DNA of 64,000 bases from Azolla caroliniana. Its lineage: Eukaryota > Plantae > Polypodiophyta. The notes beneath the pieces were generated by a model, which worked only from the letters and a program-made list of their open reading frames with translations, was not told the DNA's origin and did no database searches. The stretch is from the NCBI GenBank assembly GCA_043228905.1, contig JBHGNT010000007.1, positions 19,654,001-19,718,000 of the forward strand. The letters are read 5' to 3'. The position numbers were made by a program, and so were the translations under genes. Shown here in pieces: positions 62,901-64,000 of the stretch. Position 1 is the first letter of the stretch. Each line of letters starts with the position of its first letter.

Positions 62901-64000
62901 ACAATGGTACAAGAAGTTCGACAACTTCATCCAATCGATCGGCTTCTCAAAAAGCGATGAGGACCATTGTCTTTTTACCAACACAGCTCAAGATGGATCA
63001 CCCATCTTCCTCATCATTTACGTGGACGACATGCTAATTTCTGGATGCCACGCAGGCGAACTTGCCGATCTCATTCGGCAATTGCGGTTGAAGTTTGCCA
63101 TGAAGGACCTCGGTCCGGCACGACACATACTTGGCATGAAGATTAGTCGGCACCGCGATAAACGACATCTTTTTTTGTCTCAGACCGACTATATCGGACG
63201 TGTCTTGGAACGCTTCAACATGCAATCAGCCAAATCTGCTTCAACCCCGCTCCCCATGAATCTTCGGCTCTCTCAACGAGACTGCCCGACATCCGGTCCG
63301 CAGGGGGAAGATATGAAGTCGGTACCGTATGCACCGGCAGTCGGCTCCCTTATGTACCTGATGGTCGCGACACGGCCTGATATCTCTCATGCCGTAGGAG
63401 TCGTTAGCAGATTTATGCACAATCCTGGCCGATCGCATTGGAACGCAGTCAAGCATGTGTTCAGATATCTGGCTGGCACAAAAGACCACGACATTCTTTT
63501 CGGTCCGAACTCAACCTCAGGCGTAGTCGGTTACACCGACTCGGATTTCGCCGACTGTATAGACAGTCGGAAATCAACAACCGGATACTGCTTCAAATTC
63601 GGCAATGGAGCAATTTCGTGGAAGTCGAAACTTCAGGAGTGCACAGCGACCTCAACGACCGAAGCAGAATATGTAGCTGTGTCCGACGCTGCAAAAGAAG
63701 CTTTGTGGCTCGGCCGGCTGCTGCACACGTTTCGGCAAGTCGACCATGACTCGGCCCCAGTTGTCTATAGCGACAGTCAAGGTGCTGTTGCCCTGTCGAA
63801 AAATCCGGTTCACCACAACGCCTCCAAACATATCGACGTTCGATATCACTTCGTTCGGGACTGCGTCATTTCAGGGAAAATCGGTCTAGAGAAAATATCC
63901 ACAACCGACAATGTCGCAGATGGAATGACCAAGTGTCTTTCGGCAGACCGCTTTCGGTCTCTTCGGCATCAGATGGGCGTAACGACAAACCAGTCCGGTT
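59971..64000 (+). CDS. gag-pol: Copia B2 Gag-Pol polyprotein, open to the window edge (stop expected at 64000-64002)
   Basis: No net indel versus B1 (mirror ORF coordinates sum to a constant 71259); no internal stop seen; absent from the ORF track because the stop lies outside. Confidence 0.93.
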   Translation, partial: MASTSGSSEMSLRKFDGSNFNFWKEQMQDYLIVKGQIDPIENEEPPEGYKPIEWQKLDRIVRATIRMHLSESVYFTVQSCTTAFELWKTLSDTYEKKVAATKMFLIRRLYNLRMKESDSVQAHLNEYESISSQISSQGTAIEDELRAMILMSSLPSSWETFVTTVCNASTTAVKYSEVTSAILTEVARRKSFAKDSTDDAYVVQGSTDRSNIRGRDSSRQPNNQRRRSQSRDNRICNYCKKPGHIKADCRALKNKNDKSQKSDKKSGRHEEINYVSFSADVLPNDPNILSIENPVGSEVLLTTEESSTWLLDSGASFHVTPHRSQFRQYTIRHSDSVRVGNSQHCDIIGIGTVELNLAGGSTLVLHNVRHVPELSRPLISVGQLDEDGIRAGFSSGGWTLHRGNLLLARGPKIHSLYPLHVTLREGNLFLVDIPVSSLWHRRLGHLSKAGITHLSRAGYIPKLSFSNHQFCEHCQYGKQAAASHPTSAPRETRPLDLVHSDVCGPMPHQSLGGASYFVSFIDDSTRKVWAYPIRTKDRVFSISSDWLAMVENQTDRKLKCFRTDNGGEFKSEEFVKFCRQRGIRREFTAPHSPEQNGIAERMNRTIQERIVSMLQHSRLSDGFWAEALLTAVHIINMSPSRPLGLQIPQELWIGSKPNYDKLRIFGCEAYALIPKDDRRKLAPRSWKCIFLGYGSDGEMGYRLWDPERRQIVRSSDVVFNESAMTPSVETPIEVRRVTFSDVPTLQEGPTLNTRSASRVAEPYTTDSDNSDSAQQNNSLPDHPTSIPDTTSPIIPRRSERLSQPPERYSPGIFFTDTGEPTSYEEASTSVDSATWHLAMESEMHSIRAKKTWDLVELPKNRRALPCKWVYRLKETSDSTTPKYKARLVAKGFRQEYGVDFDEIFSPVVKMTTLRFLLGVVAADNLELIQLDVKTAFLHGDLEEEIYMEQPKGFVATGQEHLVCRLRKSLYGLKQAPRQWYKKFDNFIQSIGFSKSDEDHCLFTNTAQDGSPIFLIIYVDDMLISGCHAGELADLIRQLRLKFAMKDLGPARHILGMKISRHRDKRHLFLSQTDYIGRVLERFNMQSAKSASTPLPMNLRLSQRDCPTSGPQGEDMKSVPYAPAVGSLMYLMVATRPDISHAVGVVSRFMHNPGRSHWNAVKHVFRYLAGTKDHDILFGPNSTSGVVGYTDSDFADCIDSRKSTTGYCFKFGNGAISWKSKLQECTATSTTEAEYVAVSDAAKEALWLGRLLHTFRQVDHDSAPVVYSDSQGAVALSKNPVHHNASKHIDVRYHFVRDCVISGKIGLEKISTTDNVADGMTKCLSADRFRSLRHQMGVTTNQSG

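Larger units (their letters stand above)
58968..64000 (+). mobile_element. Ty1/copia element B2, inserted in an (AG)n tract in the T2 leader; runs off the window
   Basis: Complete 5' LTR 58968-59284, PBS-Met 59287-59298, colinear with B1. Confidence 0.96.

Overview
Eukaryotic, transposon-saturated plant DNA with no intact host gene. It is most likely from a non-seed land plant (fern, lycophyte or bryophyte; inferred from Tcn1-like chromoviruses and a fungal-like tRNA-Trp-primed gypsy). The window is a stack of nested LTR retrotransposons. Copia family A has three degenerate copies (1772-13943, 27633-32789, 48211-53590). Copia family B has two near-identical copies with open gag-pol ORFs (6759-12144, 58968->64000). 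Gypsy-type sequences are a tRNA-Trp-primed element (G1, <1-18257), a related solo LTR, a chromovirus remnant, two Tcn1-like chromoviruses and a Tat-like LTR; there are also two L1 LINE fragments. Between about 18.3 and 35 kb lies a decayed spliced DDD transposase (Sola2-like motifs), flanked by two paralogous intron-containing genes sharing an unknown NNE-x4-FARAFA-x-E domain, one with a RING-H2 finger. The most unusual signals are: antisense tRNA-like Pol III A/B-box modules in LTRs of three gypsy insertions; a copia copy with a perfect TSD but no U3 in its 5' LTR; a heat-shock-element array in a Tcn1-like LTR; a predicted GGAUUUU/pseudoknot -1 frameshift after the protease of G1; an LTR flanked by internal sequence on both sides; and an in-frame 1125-bp integrase/RT duplication. 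Everything was read by eye and no database search was run, so lineage names and novelty are provisional.
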